DNA from: Eledone cirrhosa
Lineage: Eukaryota
DNA: 64,000 nt
Assembly: GCA_964016885.1 (NCBI GenBank)
Contig: OZ024746.1
Span: 80,042,001 to 80,106,000 of the forward strand
Reading direction: 5' to 3'
Made by a program: the position numbers and the translations under genes. Positions 14,071-29,027 of this stretch are shown here, in pieces (the first letter of the stretch is position 1; every line of letters begins with the position of its first letter). The notes below the pieces were generated by a model. The model was not told the origin of the DNA. It saw only the letters and a program-made list of their open reading frames with translations, and ran no database searches.

Positions 14071-15824
14071 TATGGTGAACTAACTGTTGTGTAACCACTT
14101 CTATATATATTGTCATATATTGTTATATATTTAGGGATAGTAATGTTGACAATATTGCCAATAAAAAGAAACACGTACCATATCATTTTCACTTTATCTT
14201 TATCTTTATCTTTATCTTTATCTTTATGCTCGTTATTCATTTGTTTCTCAAAGTTCTTTCGTCACACATTTTGTGGCCTCCTCTTTACCCACCCCCATCT
14301 CTCTCTACCCTCCTTCTCCCTACCTCTCACTCTTTCTCTTTTTCTCTCTCTCTCTTTTCTTATGTTCATGTAATTACATACTCTTACCATCGCCTTTCCA
14401 TCTGGACCGACGTTTTGTATGAAATATACAACAGTTTTAACATAAAATAAGAACACCACAGTGACCAAGGAAACTTCAGCTTGGCCGGTTGACCTGCTAA
14501 AAATAGCTACCTAAAGGGTATATTGGTAATGTAGTTCCAGATAAATCTGTGTCGGAAAACTTACACGATTGGAACAAGATCAGATCTACCTTGTGTCTGT
14601 CACAAATTTATCATTAATATACATCATATTTCACTCTATAAAACCGTCTATTAAGACGACTGGTTTTGTCTTACACCTTTATATCGCCTATTTAAATCCA
14701 GATTTCCATCGATTAATGAGTTTAAAATCAAACAAAATGTCAACATCCATAATAAATTCTGTCTATGCCATATGATGTGTATCATCAACAAGAGAAGGAA
14801 AAAAATGGAAAAGAAAGAAAACACAGAAAAAAATCCATCTCGAGTAAAATAAATATGGCAGCGACATCAGTTCCAGAGGCAAAAGAATTACATACAATTG
14901 AATGGTCACTTCCTTTTCCTATTGTTTGCCGCTTCTTCTCTTTTGTAAATTGTATTTTTGTGGTCTCATGGCAAAAGAGAAAAAAAAATCATAACATATA
15001 AAGAAAAAAATTCTCTATTATTATTTATTTCCAAGTGTCACTTGAAGAGGGAGGAACGGGAAGTGAAGGAAGAGAAGTGAGAAAGGAGAGTGAAGACCGA
15101 GGAGACAAAAAGTAAAGTGGCATGATTGCCGTTGATTCAATTGTCACAACTACAGCGCAAAAGTGAACATATTTATTTGCAAAGAGTTGAGGAGCTGTCT
15201 GGACTTTGGCAGTCTCCCATTTTCTTTATATTCTATTGCGTTTATTTATATATTTATATGAGTATAAATTGCATTTCTTTATTATTTTATTTTTATTATT
15301 TGTATTAGGAACTTTTTCGTTGCAAATTAGAAGAAATTACATTTTCCTTATAGTTTTATTTATTTATCTATCTGTTTATTTTTTCCTCTAGTATGAACGA
15401 GTTGCTTCCAGCTCCGTGTTATATGAATGATTATCAAAAACGAGGCCATAGTAGTAGAACCGTTAGGCTGTTGCCACGTTATATTTGATTGATATGGTAG
15501 AAATAACCTTACGGTATTTAGATACGTCTTCTTAACGTTCTGGGTTCAAATCATGCTGGAGGTCAATCAAACATTTCCTTTCACCCTCTTGGGCTCGACA
15601 AAATAAATACCAGTCAACTAAGGGGTCGATTTAATCGACTATTTCAATTTCCACAAGGCATTGTGCTAAATATGGTAAACGCCATTATTAATCATCAATA
15701 GTAATTTTATTACATGTCATTATTGCACAATCGAATGCAGATCTGGCTAACCTTCTCTATACTGGCTAGTAATCTGCTTAACTAACCATCTTTCTCTCCT
15801 CTTGATTAGTTTATTCGCTTTTCA

Positions 15825-15928
<104 letters not shown>

Positions 15929-15949
15929 TATATACATTTTTTCTTCAAA

Positions 15950-16195
15950 CATACATTTTAAACTTAGCTCCGTTTAATTGATTATCTGTCTAGTTAATTT
16001 CTACGGACAAAAAGGAAAGAGTAGGTAAATCTTATCTGACTGTTTCTCACAAAGGAAAGTCTGTGACATTTATCTGTTATTTCTTCAAAGTTACATTTTA
16101 AACTTAGCTCCGTTTAAATGCTTATTTATTTAGTTAATTTCTACGGACTAAGGAGGAGAAAGATTGGATATATTTTGTCTGACTGTTCTTCAAAC
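15950..16195. repeat. Diverged tandem duplication (about 120-bp unit)
   Basis: TACATTTTAAACTTAGCTCCGTTTAA...TAGTTAATTTCTACGGAC...TCTGACTGTT occurs twice. Confidence 0.7.
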
Positions 16196-16245
16196 CTATA
16201 ATTTTATATATATATATGTATATGTGTGTGTATGTGTGTGTGTGC

Positions 16246-16293
<48 letters not shown>

Positions 16294-16369
16294 ACGTGTG
16301 TCTGCGCGCGTGTGTGTGTGTGTGTGTGTGTGCGTGCGTGTGTGTGTGTGTGTGTGTACATATATACAT

Positions 16370-16894
<525 letters not shown>

Positions 16895-16923
16895 CACATA
16901 CATACATATATATATATATATAT

Positions 16924-17466
16924 CAAAGGTATATATTGAGTTAGAAACTCAAAATAGTCTCTTACAATAAAATAGCTCTAGGAAAGAGATTTTTCCGAGC
17001 CGTATATCATAATTGAATATAAAAGAGAGATAAACACAAACATATACATATATGTGTTCAAATCGTAAGGGGCCGGGTTCGCTAAGGTGAAAAAAATACT
17101 AACTATGGACAATAGGGTTTGCCAGACTCAATTTAAGAATAAATCAAGAAAATAAATACAAACCGGAATTGTGGTAACTACCAATCACCCAGACAGCGTT
17201 TGGCTATGCTGTTTCGCAAATTAATTGTGAAAAGTATTACCAATTCTTGCTCGTGAGTGGGTGAAAATTAGTTATCTCCTCACTTCTAAGAATATCAAAC
17301 AACTGAATAGTGTGCGTAAATATAATAACGCACATGGTATCAGAATTTAGCGTGTCTCACAAACTCGCACCACTAAAAATAGCAGCCAAGTTTCCGGTCC
17401 CTTACGATTTGAACACATATATGTATATGCCTGTGTTTATCTCTCTTTTATATTCAATTATGATAT
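16924..17466 (-). mobile_element. Element with 73-bp inverted arms and an internal degenerate hammerhead (17185-17264)
   Basis: Arms 17003-17075 / 17395-17466. Minus strand: TCACCCA-CTCACGA-GCAA..TTGC-GAAACAGC..GCTGTC-TGGGTGA (G5>C). Confidence 0.75.
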
Positions 17467-17791
17467 ATATATATATATGAATTCTATTTGGGAAATGCAG
17501 ATAAGATAAAAAAATATTTACCTATTTACTTAGACTGTCCCTATTGCAGTTTCATTGAACAGTCTCAAATCACCAAGGATTGAAAATCTCAAATAACCAA
17601 GGAATAATCGGTATCAAACAAGAAAGGATTCAACTGAGTTCTCCTCTACCAGTGATAATTTCGAACGGGAGGAGAATTGTCACGTGATTATTGTTCTACA
17701 GAGGGGCAGCGGTATATGGACAATGGCAGTCCAATTCAGCCAAATACTTTACTTGACCGTAAGAGAGTAATTAATTCACACACACATCCGC

Positions 17792-17902
<111 letters not shown>

Positions 17903-18988
17903 CGCGTGTGTGTGTGTATATGCTGACATATGTCTGTTTTCAAAAGGATGTATTTTGGTAGCGCTTTATGGTATGCGCACATATATAAAAATCGACGTTG
18001 GTATGCACTTTGTGCATTTCTCATTTTCTGTTACATCGTCAAAGGGGAAGCAACAAGGGTCTATCAAAATCGTTTATTCGTGTTTGTTTGGTTTGTGACA
18101 GCAATTCTAGCTAAAGCATAACAGAATTTGGTCGTCGCATAAACAATGCACTTGGACGACCACACACGCAGTGCCAGGGACTGGCTCGGGCGCTTCTGTT
18201 TAAAGCCTTGACTACCACCCCCATCCGACTTCAATGAGGAGCAACGGCGTATCCAAGCTAAACAAATTCGTGACCCACAATCTTACTGATCCACCTCCCG
18301 CAGGACGTCCGTCCGACTTCAATGAGGACCAACGGCGCGAGCTAGTGGGAGCCCACTCACGCCAGTGATCACATCAACTCTCCGAAGTGTTTAAGGCATC
18401 GAAAAATCAAAAACAACCATCCTCAATCACTTGCATTCAACATGGAAGGTATCCAAGCTAAACAAATTCGTGACCCTCAATCTAACTGACCGTAATCTTG
18501 AATCTCAAGCAACAACTACGGACTTCTCTGATCTCCTACTATCACACAACCAGCACGCTTTGTAGAGAGAGTGAAAAAAAATTCTATCTACTGTGGTATG
18601 TTAAATGGTTGTTAAATGTTTGTAACGAGTAACAGTAGTGTGCATGCGCATATAAACCGGCTTCCATCATGTCACCAGCTTTATATTATTCATGCGATTC
18701 ATCCGAACTAAAGAATGTCCAGTCGAACAAACAGTAGAAAACTGAACGTTATCTGATCATGAACTGTGTAACTCATTCAGCGAGATTTGATATTTCACCG
18801 ATACTACTTAATTACACGTTAAATTGCTCTCATTTCTATCGACTTGGTTTGAAGTGGTTAAATATTTCTAAAGCAACGCTTGCTTATCAAGGAGAGATAT
18901 CAAATTAAAACTATTATCAACACTGGAACTAATATCAATAATGTATCATTTGATATTGTGTGTGAATGGAAATGATTTACACACACAC

Positions 18989-19060
<72 letters not shown>

Positions 19061-19242
19061 CTGTGTCTGTAAATGTATGTGTATATATATATATGTATAT
19101 ATACATATATATATACATACATATATACATATATATATGTATATATACATATATTTATATATATGCATATATATATATGTATATATATATGGATGCATAT
19201 ATATTATATATATATATATATACATGTATATATATATAAATA

Positions 19243-19316
<74 letters not shown>

Positions 19317-19349
19317 TATGTATATATATATACTCATACATATATATGT

Positions 19350-19416
<67 letters not shown>

Positions 19417-19427
19417 CTCATACATAC

Positions 19428-19487
<60 letters not shown>

Positions 19488-19519
19488 TCATACATACATC
19501 TATATATATATATATATAC

Positions 19520-19570
<51 letters not shown>

Positions 19571-20097
19571 TATTTATGAGCATATAATTTTATCTTACTT
19601 TTATATTTGACACTCCTTGTGGTTTTTGTTTTATTGCTTATCATTTAGGAATTCTACCATTATCTTGGTCACAGGTGTTAACAGTCACTCTTGTAATATA
19701 TTTTCCTTACATATTATAAATATATAGTCATTACCATTGTTGGGCATTTTTATCATTATTATTATTATTAGGATGATTATTATTATAAAATGTATTATTG
19801 TTTTTGTTGTTGTTGTTATTGTGTGTTATTTTTGTTCTTCTTGTTCAGATTCTTATTATTATTTTATCATTATCATCATCATCATCATTAATACTTAAGT
19901 AGGTATTAGTTTTACCAATACACTTATCTTCACCATCGGCTATAATAATGTCTTCCAGATGATATCTCTTAAGGAAGGAGATATTAAAATAACAATATGG
20001 CACTTACCTTCGGTTGGTAAATTTTGTGTAACATTTATAAATACATACATTTATGTATGTGTGTTTGTATGTATGTATGTGTATGTATGTATGTATG

Positions 20098-20134
<37 letters not shown>

Positions 20135-20217
20135 ACATACATACATACATATATATATGTGTATTTCTATATATCTCTATATATATATATGTACAAACAC
20201 ATACATACATACATATA

Positions 20218-20299
<82 letters not shown>

Positions 20300-20465
20300 C
20301 GAATGTATATATATATATGTATGTATGTATATATATATGTATGTATATATGTATGTATGAACGTATATATGGGTGTATATATATATATATATATATATAT
20401 GAATGTATGCATGTATGTATGTATATATGTATGTATATATGTATGTATGAACGTATATATGGGTG

Positions 20466-20497
<32 letters not shown>

Positions 20498-21217
20498 AAT
20501 GTATGCATGTATGTATGTATATATGTGTGTATGTATGCGCGTGAGAAAGATAGTGAGAGAGAGACATTTATCTTGCTTTATCACACAAACACATATAAGC
20601 ATGTATATATAGATATATGTCTTTGTATGTGTCTGTGCCTCTCTCTCTCTGTCTGTGCGTGGTGCGTGTGTGTGTGTGTGAGTGTGAGTGTACGTGCGTG
20701 TGCAAGCAATATATGGTAGCTATGTCTTTATTAAATAACTTGTTGAGTCATCATGAAAATGAGACATTGAACGAGGAAAACAAAACACACACACATAGAC
20801 ACACGCACACACACACACATACACAAACATACACACACATATATTGACACACACACACATATATATATATTTAGTTTTTTTCAATATAGATATACCACAC
20901 ACACACGCACGCACACACATACACACACACACGCGCACATACGTGGTGACTTTGAAAAATAGTCCAAGTTGAGCTTATAAACCCGTTTATTATTTTAAAT
21001 GCCTCAAAATTTCGGCGTTAGTAAGCAACTACTGAAGTTGAATAATAGCTCTGAAAGACATGTATGCACTGATAATAGGGTGACTGTCATATATATGTAT
21101 ATATGTGTGTATGTGTGTATGTACGTATATGAGTACGGCTATTTTTGTGTTTCAATTTCTATATTAGAACCTTCTTACGTTTTCTAGTAATGCATCTAGT
21201 GTAGGTTTCAATCTATA

Positions 21218-21648
21218 AGGCTGCTAAGTCCATAATTTAATCAACGTTTCTATGTTTTCATGGTTTCATCTTCAAGAGTGTTGCACTGACCACACAAGTG
21301 CAACAATCTCTCGAATGTTCTTCATACATTTACAGCTTGGAACAATTGTAATATACTACACCACATACCGCAATAAATCACCAACTAAAATGAACAATAC
21401 CAACCACACGAACAGTATACACACCACATAAACATATGACCTACGAGGTATAAATCTAACGATAATGTTTGAAGATTGATATTCCTGTAAGAAAGCCATT
21501 ACACTGCAAAATAAGAAAGAACGGCATAAAACTTCATTCGATATATATACCACCAGTAAAAGGGGCAGTAAAAACAAACCAACACCAGTCCTGATAATGA
21601 GACTGTGAAAGTCTAGAAACGTCGATTATATTATGGACTCAGCAGCTG
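21218..21648. mobile_element. Old diverged fold-back element with hammerhead relic
   Basis: 21218-21280 is an imperfect inverse of 21587-21648. AGTC-CTGATAA-tgAGACT..AGTCTa-GAAACGTC-GATT. Confidence 0.5.
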
Positions 21649-22124
21649 TGTTGTTCCAAACAAATTGTAGAAGCCTTGTTAGAAAATACGCAGCGGTTCA
21701 AATAAATAAAAAAATTGAACCTCGCAAACAGTTGTGTCTTTAACAACACAAAAATGTCTTCCCTCATATATATACCTATATGTGTATGTGTATACACGTG
21801 CATGTGTGTATGTGTGTGCGTGTGTATCGCTGAATATAGGCTAAAGATGTAAAAATCATAAATGAAACCGATCCGTTGATGATTGCGAATATAAATACCT
21901 CGTGGTAATTTCTTCGCATGAGTGTCACATGAGCCCCCTTGTTACTCTTTCCATGGTAATTGTACTTAACTAATGATTGGCCTGTAGGAAGTCCTCTATC
22001 CAACTACCCAATTATTCCCTGAATGCGATATCGACAGTCATATCGGACCGAGGAAACAATGTTTCCATTGGTCTTTCCAATTGCTAATACTATCTATCGG
22101 TCGCAACTCCAGGTAGAATGAGCA

Positions 22125-22238
22125 CCGTGAAATAAAGTGTCTTTCTCAAGGACATAACGCATCACCCGGTCCGGGAATTGAACTCACAACCTCTTGATTG
22201 CGAATCCAATTCTCCAACTCCTCAACCATGCGCCTTCA
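22125..22238 (-). mobile_element. tRNA-derived SINE, second family (relatives at 40122-40232 +, 62700-62990 -, 63470-63785 -)
   Basis: B-box-like GAGTTCAATTCC on the minus strand. Body TGTCCTTGAGAAAGACACTTTATTTCACG. Confidence 0.6.
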
Positions 22239-22248
22239 CTAAATGCGA

Positions 22249-22279
<31 letters not shown>

Positions 22280-22356
22280 GTATATGTGTTTGTGCGTGTG
22301 TGTGTGTTTGTGTGTGTGTGTTTTTTTATGTGTGTGTGTGTGTGTTTGTGTGTGTT

Positions 22357-22412
<56 letters not shown>

Positions 22413-22527
22413 TCACGAGTACTCATAACATAGTTCTCAAAGCGATTAAGCGTGACAAATCTATAGGAAGGCTGGTATTTTCGATTACTAGTACAGTTCA
22501 TTTTTTCAAGTTGAGTGAACTGGAGTA

Positions 22528-23218
22528 ACATGAAATAAAGGTTTGAAATCAGAACGCAGAGGGACGTAACTCTATGCTCCGATGCATGATGTCCGACACC
22601 TATCGATATATAGATATAGAAATAATTGTTTCTACTTTTGGACACAAGGCCAGCAATTATATCAGTGTATTACTGGTATTTTATTTTATCGACCCCGTAA
22701 GGATGAAAGGTAAAGTTAACCTCGGCGGATTTGAACTCAGACCATAAAGGGTCATAACTCTATGCTGCAAAGCATGGCGTCAGACCCTCTACCGATACTG
22801 CCAATCCACCGCCCTTAGAGTTTCTACTTTTGGCACAAGGCCAGCGATTACCCCAGTGTATTACTGGTACTTTATTTTATCGACCCCGTATGGATGAAAG
22901 GCAAAGTTAACCTCAGAACATAAAGGGCTATAACTCTATGCTGCTAAGCATGGTGACTGACCCTCTACCGATACTGCCAACTACCGTTTCATGTAGGTAT
23001 AGAAATAATTGTTTCTACTTAGGCACAAGGCCAGCAATTACCCAGTGCATTACTGGTACTTTATTTTATCGACCCCATAAGGATGAAAGGCAAAGTTAAC
23101 CTCGGCGGGATTTGAACTCAGATCATAAAGGGGCGTAACTCTATGCTACAAAGCATGGCGTCCGACTCTCTACCGATACTGCCAATCCACCTACAATCCA
23201 TGTAGGTATAGAAATAAT
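22528..23218 (-). mobile_element. Head-to-tail array of about 3.5 copies of the main tRNA-derived SINE
   Basis: Units at about 22623-22814, 22820-22984 and 23005-23191, plus a partial at 22528-22605. Core GCCTTTCATCCTTACGGGGTCGATAAAATAAAGTACCAG (Deu/Nin-domain-like). Confidence 0.85.
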
Positions 23219-23528
23219 GCGAGCTGGTTGTGGCTGAAAAGATTTTTTTTATTTATTTTAACGTTTCTCAATCAGTGCTAACCTGGGGCTAAACAACAAC
23301 AACAGCGTTTGCAATAACATTATCTAGTATCTGCCTTTCTGACAACTAAATATAGCAACTTTATCATCTCAATCATTTCGTTTTTGACATCTGCTACGCC
23401 ATTATTCTGACAGCAATATTAAATTAACTTCTGTCCACAATAATGATAATACAAAATGAAGCAGCATTCCCTTCACCATGCCCACCCCACCCCCACATTC
23501 ATTGATAGACGGATAGAAAGTTAAATAG

Positions 23529-23616
<88 letters not shown>

Positions 23617-23813
23617 GGGGGGGATGTCTATATATATATTTGTATGTATACATACATATATGTATATACATGCTTATAAATATGTATATAAATGTATAGA
23701 CAGATATCTATCTATCTATCTATCTATCTATCTCTCTCTCTCTATATATATATATATACATAATTATATACATATATATGTATGTATATATACATATATA
23801 TATATATGTATAC

Positions 23814-23847
<34 letters not shown>

Positions 23848-23854
23848 GTATGTT

Positions 23855-23936
<82 letters not shown>

Positions 23937-24260
23937 TACACATACACAAATATAAAATGTATGCATGTATGTATGCATATATATATACACATAAATATAT
24001 GTGTATGTATATATATATATGTGTGCGCGTATGTGAATGCATATGTATCTGTGTGTGTGTGTTACCTCGACAGCAATTTCATTTATTCCACTGTATTACC
24101 TGATAAAGATCTGTTTATGATCGAAATATTGAGGAAAAAAATATAGAAATCACCTTTTTATTTTAGAAATTGCAAATTGCATTGCTCACAGCTTTAAAAT
24201 TTCTGTTCGATATTATATACATATACATGTGTGTGGTGTGTGTGTGAGTGTGTATAGAAA

Positions 24261-24341
<81 letters not shown>

Positions 24342-24404
24342 ATGTATATATATATATATGTATGATTGTATACCTGTATGTGTGTATCTATATCTATATA
24401 TATA

Positions 24405-24466
<62 letters not shown>

Positions 24467-25450
24467 CATATGCATACATGTGTATGTAAGATAATGCTTT
24501 GTAAAGGTCGTCAGGTCGTCAGGTACCTCATTACACTCTCACTATGATATGATATATAATTCTATTTATGTAAATTATTTTAAAATATGTATCAACAGAG
24601 CTTCACAGATGTATCGAATTCTTCTTACTAGCTTACAAAAGAATGTCTACATGAGAGATTCGCAAATATGAGACACTCGGCTCTCAGAGGATGAATTTCA
24701 AAACCCGGGAGAGGAATTTTACCCTAGGGAGGAATTGGTGAGAAATGTTAGTCTGGGAGATATACAAAAAGAGAAAGAAATAGTACACATATTGTATATA
24801 TTAAATGCAATAGCATTATACCCAACTATTAATGTAATCGAGAGTTAACAATTCACAAAATTTTAATAATGTATTTCGCTTATGTGGACTTAATGTTTTA
24901 AATTATTAAAGTATAATGGTGAAAAAATTACTAGATGTCAATTCGAAATGGGGAAGGATTCAGGAAACCATAGGTTACATGGGGAAGAAATTGATCTAGG
25001 TCTCTCAAAACCAATGGTCTTCTTCTCCCACGGGTTTCTGGGTGTGTGGTGGAGGTAGAGTCCTCAAGGACGACTTCCAGCGAGTCCTGTTAGAAGCAAC
25101 CGCCTCGAATTAATCTAGCTGGATACCAAGCGAGACCAGCCGAGCTTATGCATTTTATCTAACCATCTTGCTTGTGATATCTGCCTTTGGTTCCTATCTT
25201 GATTGGATTTGCTTGTATATTCTGTCTAAATACATGTCCTTAGTATCGGAGCTGTGATCTATTAATTTTAAGACGTAGCGTCTCTATCTGGAATGACTTC
25301 TTGATCCCCGATCTACGGACTCTATCGAGTAATGTCACTACAGAGACCCCTAACTTCTATAAAGTCTGCGAATCCAGTGCACGATATATATATATACGAG
25401 GTTCGGCTTAAAGGTTCATAGTCTGACTATAAACGAGTGATGTAAACGAG

Positions 25451-25531
<81 letters not shown>

Positions 25532-25615
25532 TATTACGAGTAGTGGCTTCAGCATATAGGTTTGCATGATTTGTATCATATATAAAATCACAATATATTT
25601 TGAAGACCGTTCATA

Positions 25616-25805
25616 ATAATTGTTTCTACTTTAGGCACAAGGCCAGCAATTACCCAGTGCATTACTGGTACTTTATTTTATCGACCCCGTAAGGATGAAA
25701 GGCAAAGTCAACCTCGGCGGGATTTGAACTCAGATTGTAAAGGGACGTAACTATGCTGTAAAGCATGGCGTCCGACCCTCTACCGATACTGCCAATCCAC
25801 CGCCC
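25616..25805 (-). mobile_element. Main tRNA-derived SINE, full length with TSD
   Basis: A-box TGGCAGTATCGGTAG and B-box GAGTTCAAATCC on the minus strand. TSD TTCATAATAAT on both sides. Confidence 0.85.
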
Positions 25806-25872
25806 TTTCATAATAATGATAGTGATACATAATTATTACAATACTCAGCAACAGGTGTGAAGCAATAATATG

Positions 25873-26013
<141 letters not shown>

Positions 26014-26098
26014 ATTTAATATATATATATATATATATATGTTGATTTAAAACTGCACTATCCACAAGTGTTTTTTAGCCTTCATATCATGTTCTCCT

Positions 26099-26167
26099 AT
26101 TTTATCTGATGAAAACACAAATATTATTGCATGATGATGTTTGTTTTTGAAATGCGCATAATAAAAT
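26099..26167 (+). ncRNA. Type I hammerhead ribozyme (AUA cleavage family)
   Basis: ATTTTAT-CTGATGA-AAAcACAAATATT..GATGTTTGTtTTT-GAAAT-gcgc-ATA-ATAAAAT. Helix I 7 bp, palindromic helix III ATGCGCAT. Confidence 0.75.
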
Positions 26168-26198
26168 ATATGGAACTCCTTTAACCATCTTTTGATCT

Positions 26199-26301
<103 letters not shown>

Positions 26302-26311
26302 TATATATATA

Positions 26312-26399
<88 letters not shown>

Positions 26400-27096
26400 T
26401 AATAATTGTTTCTACTTTTGGCACAAGGCCAACAATTACCCAGTACATTACTGGTACTTTATTTATATTAGTACTATTAGTACTATATATATATATATTA
26501 GTAATAATAATAAGTGTGAAGATCCCGTTAAGGATGAAACCATATATATATATGTATATATATAGAAGCATATGTATGTAGATATGTATGCGTACGTATG
26601 TATGTGCGTGTGAAATAGACACGTACGCACACATACATGCCGTCAAGTTCGAAATATGAGGGTTCAACACCCTTCTCTGTTCATTGTTTATGGTTATGCC
26701 ATAAATGACACTTCAATTTAGTGCAGATGGCTGGATGTTGAGCGGAGCAGGGTGGAAGGGCTGATCGAATCTTGGTGTTAGACCTTAATCCATGAAGACG
26801 GACCAGACGAGATTTTTCAAAGTTTTTTTACCTTCATGGTAGACAGTTCTACATTCTCTACGGTCAGCTGTAAGGGTTTCAAAGGAAGAACGTCTTACGT
26901 TCACAGACTTCTGATTATACTTCAGTTTGTCTTTATATCTGAGTAATGGCCTACATTACGTTCACCATCATGAACCTGACTGTATTACAATACCTTGAAT
27001 GTCTTCAGTCATCCGTATGACATGGCTAACTCATCTAAGTTGGGATTACATCAGAAATGGCTCCATTCCACCGATGTTGCATAAAGTTAAGACACT

Positions 27097-27245
27097 TTAC
27101 GTTCTGAGTTCAAATCCCGCCAAGGTTAGATTTGCCTTTCATCTTTACGGGGTAGATAAAATAAAGTACCAGTAATGTACTGGGGTCGATTTAATCTACT
27201 TTCCCCTCCCCCCAAATTATTGGCCTTGTGCCTATACTAGAAATC
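27097..27245 (+). mobile_element. SINE 3' part with (ATT)n tail, the host site of the Tx1 LINE
   Basis: CTGAGTTCAAATCCCGCC..TTTGCCTTTCATC..GGCCTTGTGCCTATACTAGAAATCATCATTATT. Confidence 0.75.
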
Positions 27246-27288
27246 ATCATTATTATTATTATTATTATTGGCGACCTCGTGACATCGA

Positions 27289-28963
27289 AATGGATTCACT
27301 CAGAATGGACTCTTCCACACCGAACACCACTGACGCCACCACCACCACAACTGAAACTAAAAATAACAATAACAAAAATAACGATAACAACAACAGCAAC
27401 AACAACAATGAGAATAAGAAAACCACCCTGTCTTTTGCCTGAGCAGCAAAAAAGTGCGAAGCAATCCAGGTAACTCAGGAGGAATTAGATGAAGCCAAGA
27501 AAATGGTAAAGAAAGATGGGTACAGGGTCGGCCTCACCCACCCCCCACCCCCACCCCCACACACACACCTAATAAAATGGAGCATCGGCGCCTATGCACC
27601 GTGTCTTCTCGGACGATTAACATAAAATCGCGCCGAGTGGAACGGGCATCCAAGTCCCAAATCCAAAAAGTTTTGGGACATGTGTGGGCCAAAAAAACCC
27701 ACATCAGACGTGGGCAGAAATATGGAACCGTGGACGTGTTCTTTGGAACACCACAGGAGGCCAGAGAACACTCCATGGCCCCATTAAGAAGGGACGACTT
27801 CACACTCGTCCCAAGCTATTGTGGCCAGAGACTCGTGAAGATCAGGGTGACCCACGTTCCACCGGCCATCGAAATTCCCTGGCTGCCGTTCTCGCCGGCA
27901 TCGAGGCCAACACCAAGGTAATCGAAATATTAAAAGAAAAGCAGGAGAACTGGTCTGGATCTGGGATGGAGCTCCTGATCCAAGCGGACCAAAAAAGCAT
28001 TGAGGAGATCTCAGAGGTAATAGACCTCACTGACGGCAGCCACCTCACCGTAATCGTCGAGGGCAGAAGGCCTAGGTGTGTCGTTTGTGGTGAAGGAACC
28101 CACCTAAGGGCTTTCTGCCCTCAGGCTAAAAGGTTGAGGCCACCTCTCTTACCCACCCCAGTGACTCGACCATCAACACCACCAGCAGCATAAATGGCAG
28201 CAACAACTGTAGCAGCAACAACAGAAGCAACTGGAACAGCAACAACCCCAGCAACAGTAGCAAAAACCAACACCACCACCACCCAACGCGCCAGAACTAG
28301 CACCAGCACCTGCACCATCCACCACGCCACAACCAAAATCAACGCCTGTGGAGGGTTTTCCACTCCCCGACCTATCGCAACTGGAAACAGATTGTGACGA
28401 CGAGGAGTGGTAAACGGTATCAGGAAAAAAGAAAAAGAAGCCCAAAAAGAAAAAATCCTCTTCCTTCCCCCTCCAAAAACAAGATGCAGAGGGAAACAAA
28501 TAAACTATCAAATAAACAAGTTAGGACAGCTATGGCACCATCCACACCAGCATCACCAACCCCATCACCACAAATACCAACACCATCACCATCATTAACC
28601 CCAACACCACCATCACCAACACCACAAAAGTCACCAAAAAGCGAAACAGAAACAAACCCACAACAAACGCAAACAAAACAAAACAACCAAAACGATACAC
28701 ACTACACAGCATTAAATTTGAACAACAACCAATTATTACACTACATCCAACACAACACCAGCATCACAGAAAAAGACTACACAACACCCCAAAGGTTCAC
28801 ACCACCTCCACACATACAAATCACTCGCATCACACAGAAAACGTACATGACACTAAAACAAAAATTCCCCAAAGACATCGGAGACTTCCGACAAGCACTC
28901 TCCAGGAGGATTTATAAGGACATCCTTCCGGAGGAGGCCACAAGCAGTGAAAAGGATGGATAA
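27289..28963 (+). pseudogene. ORF1 (nucleic-acid-binding protein with CCHC zinc knuckle), frameshifted
   Basis: VEGRRPRCVVCGEGTHLRAFCP (CX2CX4HX4C), RRM-like N-terminal part, T/P-rich linker and basic patch. Spread over several frames. Confidence 0.8.
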
Positions 28964-29027
28964 ACCATCCTTCCTCTACGAGAAGTAAGGTAAGTGGTCT
29001 TCCCCATCTTTTCCACTCCATTTCAAC

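Larger units (their letters stand above)
12841..14103 (-). mobile_element. Penelope-like element 3' fragment with inverted pseudo-LTR, inserted in (TA)n
   Basis: About 410-bp inverted arms (12905-13317 / 13681-14103) around a GIY-YIG remnant. Unpaired 64-nt tail at 12841-12904. A hammerhead in each arm. Confidence 0.9.
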
